DNA of 63,444 nucleotides. Origin: Salpingoeca rosetta. Its lineage: Eukaryota; Protista; Choanoflagellata. This document shows, piece after piece, positions 61,864-63,444 of this stretch (within the stretch, counting starts at the first letter, position 1; each line of letters begins with the position of its first letter). The stretch spans positions 1,099,881-1,163,324 of the forward strand of contig JAWQFM010000002.1 of NCBI GenBank assembly GCA_033442325.1, read 5' to 3'. Under the pieces are notes generated by a model. It was not told the origin of the DNA. It saw only the letters and a program-made list of their open reading frames with translations, and ran no database searches. The position numbers were made by a program, and so were the translations under genes.

Positions 61864-62366
61864 GATTGTGTCTTGGCCACACGCATGCCCTACTTTCGTT
61901 GTTCGTCGTTTCTCTTCACTACAATCGCCGCTTTTCCTCTTTCCTTCTTTCGCTGTTTCATTTGTTAGTTTGCATGCACATGATACTGGCACGGTGTATG
62001 CGACCACTTGTCTGTCTCGTCTGTGTGCGTGTGCATGTACGTGTGTGTTCGTACGCGTCTGAATGTGTGTGTGTATGTATGTGTGTATGTGTGTGTGTGT
62101 GTGCGTTGCCTGTTTGCACTGTTGGCTGTTTCTGTTGTTCACTTGCCAGGCAGCACATCCTAACCAATCAATTGTCACACAAACGCACAATACACACAAT
62201 ACAGTTGAAGATGGGCAATTCGAGGCACGCGCAGACTGTCACATTCAATGACTGGCCATCGCTCACCACAGCACAAACCCCACAATGCATCCCAAGACAC
62301 CCGAAGGCACACACTCAACACAGCGACGCGCGAATACACAGACAATCCCACACATATACACATGGC

Positions 62367-62779
62367 TCATGCTGCTTCCTCTGCCTTGTCTGAGACGACA
62401 CGAATGCCCATTGACCGCGCAGAGCCGATGATACACCGGCACACGCCCTCCAGCGGCGTGTTCTTGAATTTGTCGTCCTGCAACGGCCGTGCAAGATAGT
62501 TGAGGGACGTGGCGGGAGGAGGCGATGCGTGGAAATCCATCAGGAGCATGCACCGTTTGTGTGATACAAGCACAAGTGGCGACCGCACACACGCACACAC
62601 ACACACACGCACGCACGCACACACACAATGACTGCTTTCTCTCTCAAGGGCCAAGCAATGTGACTGATAAGGCAGCTGTGCAGCACTCTGTGTGATCTTA
62701 CCTGCGCTTTCACCGCTGCAATCTCGTAAATCTGCTTCAGTGTGACTGTGCCGGCAACTTCCTTGCCTGCACAGCAAAT

Positions 62780-62851
<72 letters not shown>

Positions 62852-63444
62852 TGTGTGTGTGTGAGTGTGTGTGACCGCGAAGTTGAAGGGGGTGCAAGGT
62901 TCATACAGATACACAGATGCACACACGCTCATGTGCCCTGGATGGTGCGCCATCAACCCACCTGGGTTTTGTGCACCCTTTGTGATTCCCGCTGCCTTCT
63001 TGAGGAAGTAGCTGTTGGGAGGCATGCCTGTCTTGAACTGAAAGGACCGGTCGTTCTGCCGTTGCAACAGAAGAGCGGCAAAGGAAGGGAAACCACACAC
63101 ACACACACATATGTGTATGTATGTGTGTGAGCGAATGTCTAAGCAAGAGCGAGGGGCGCAACGCCTTCTTGACTGGTGCCTTCTGACAACAGAACCAACC
63201 CAGAACATGAAAGAGGCAGGAACAGACGCAGCACTCAACAACAAGCAAGACACTAAACATACACACATGCACACACACCCCCACACCTTGACCTCCACTT
63301 GTGTTGGTACGGGGATGCCCTTCTTCATGGTCTTTGTTCTGTCATTGAACTGTTTGCAGAACTCCATAATGTTGATGCCGCGCTGAAGGTTGTGTGTGTG
63401 TGTGTGTGTGTGTGGAGTGGTGGGGGGGGAAGGGTGAAGGTGAA
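62367..63444 (-). CDS. MRPL11: Mitochondrial ribosomal protein uL11m; the 5' part lies beyond the window
   Basis: The spliced protein reads RGINIMEFCKQFNDRTKTMKKGIPVPT..|DRSFQFKTGMPPNSYFLKKAAGI|GKEVAGTVTLKQIYEIAAVKAQ|DD..IIGSARSMGIRVV. Confidence 0.93.

Overview
This is intron-rich, microsatellite-saturated eukaryotic DNA. The (CA)n/(GT)n tracts in most introns, short GT-AG introns and holozoan-type gene set suggest a choanoflagellate such as Salpingoeca rosetta (inference). The ORF track is mostly repeat noise, so genes were rebuilt by hand from exons and splice phases. There are 15 spliced genes, in order: FAM185A/DUF4097-like (+), ZNF277 (-), Nedd4-family C2-WW-HECT ligase (+), CXorf58-like (-), PH-domain adaptor (+), LYRM2 (-), a secreted coiled-coil/ILEI-lectin protein (+), MROH1 (-), RPB8 (+), beta-TrCP-like F-box/WD40 (-), a two-BIR Bir1/survivin-like protein (+), Mpv17/PMP22 (-), MRPL38 (-), a voltage-gated K+ channel (+) and MRPL11 (-, cut by the window end). 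A probable first exon of a further minus-strand gene lies at the window start. The most notable observations are: (1) a Kv channel with no T1 domain, carrying a PB1-like N-terminal domain, a His-Asp repeat and a KCNQ-like PAG gate; (2) a secreted protein combining a cubilin-N-like motif, a coiled coil, an ILEI domain and an unrecognised C-terminal domain; (3) near-perfect strand alternation with very short divergent promoters sharing a TTTTCA-type motif; (4) a polarity of intronic repeats, with UG near donors and CA near acceptors. All family assignments come from motif recognition, not database searches. CDS coordinates span introns.
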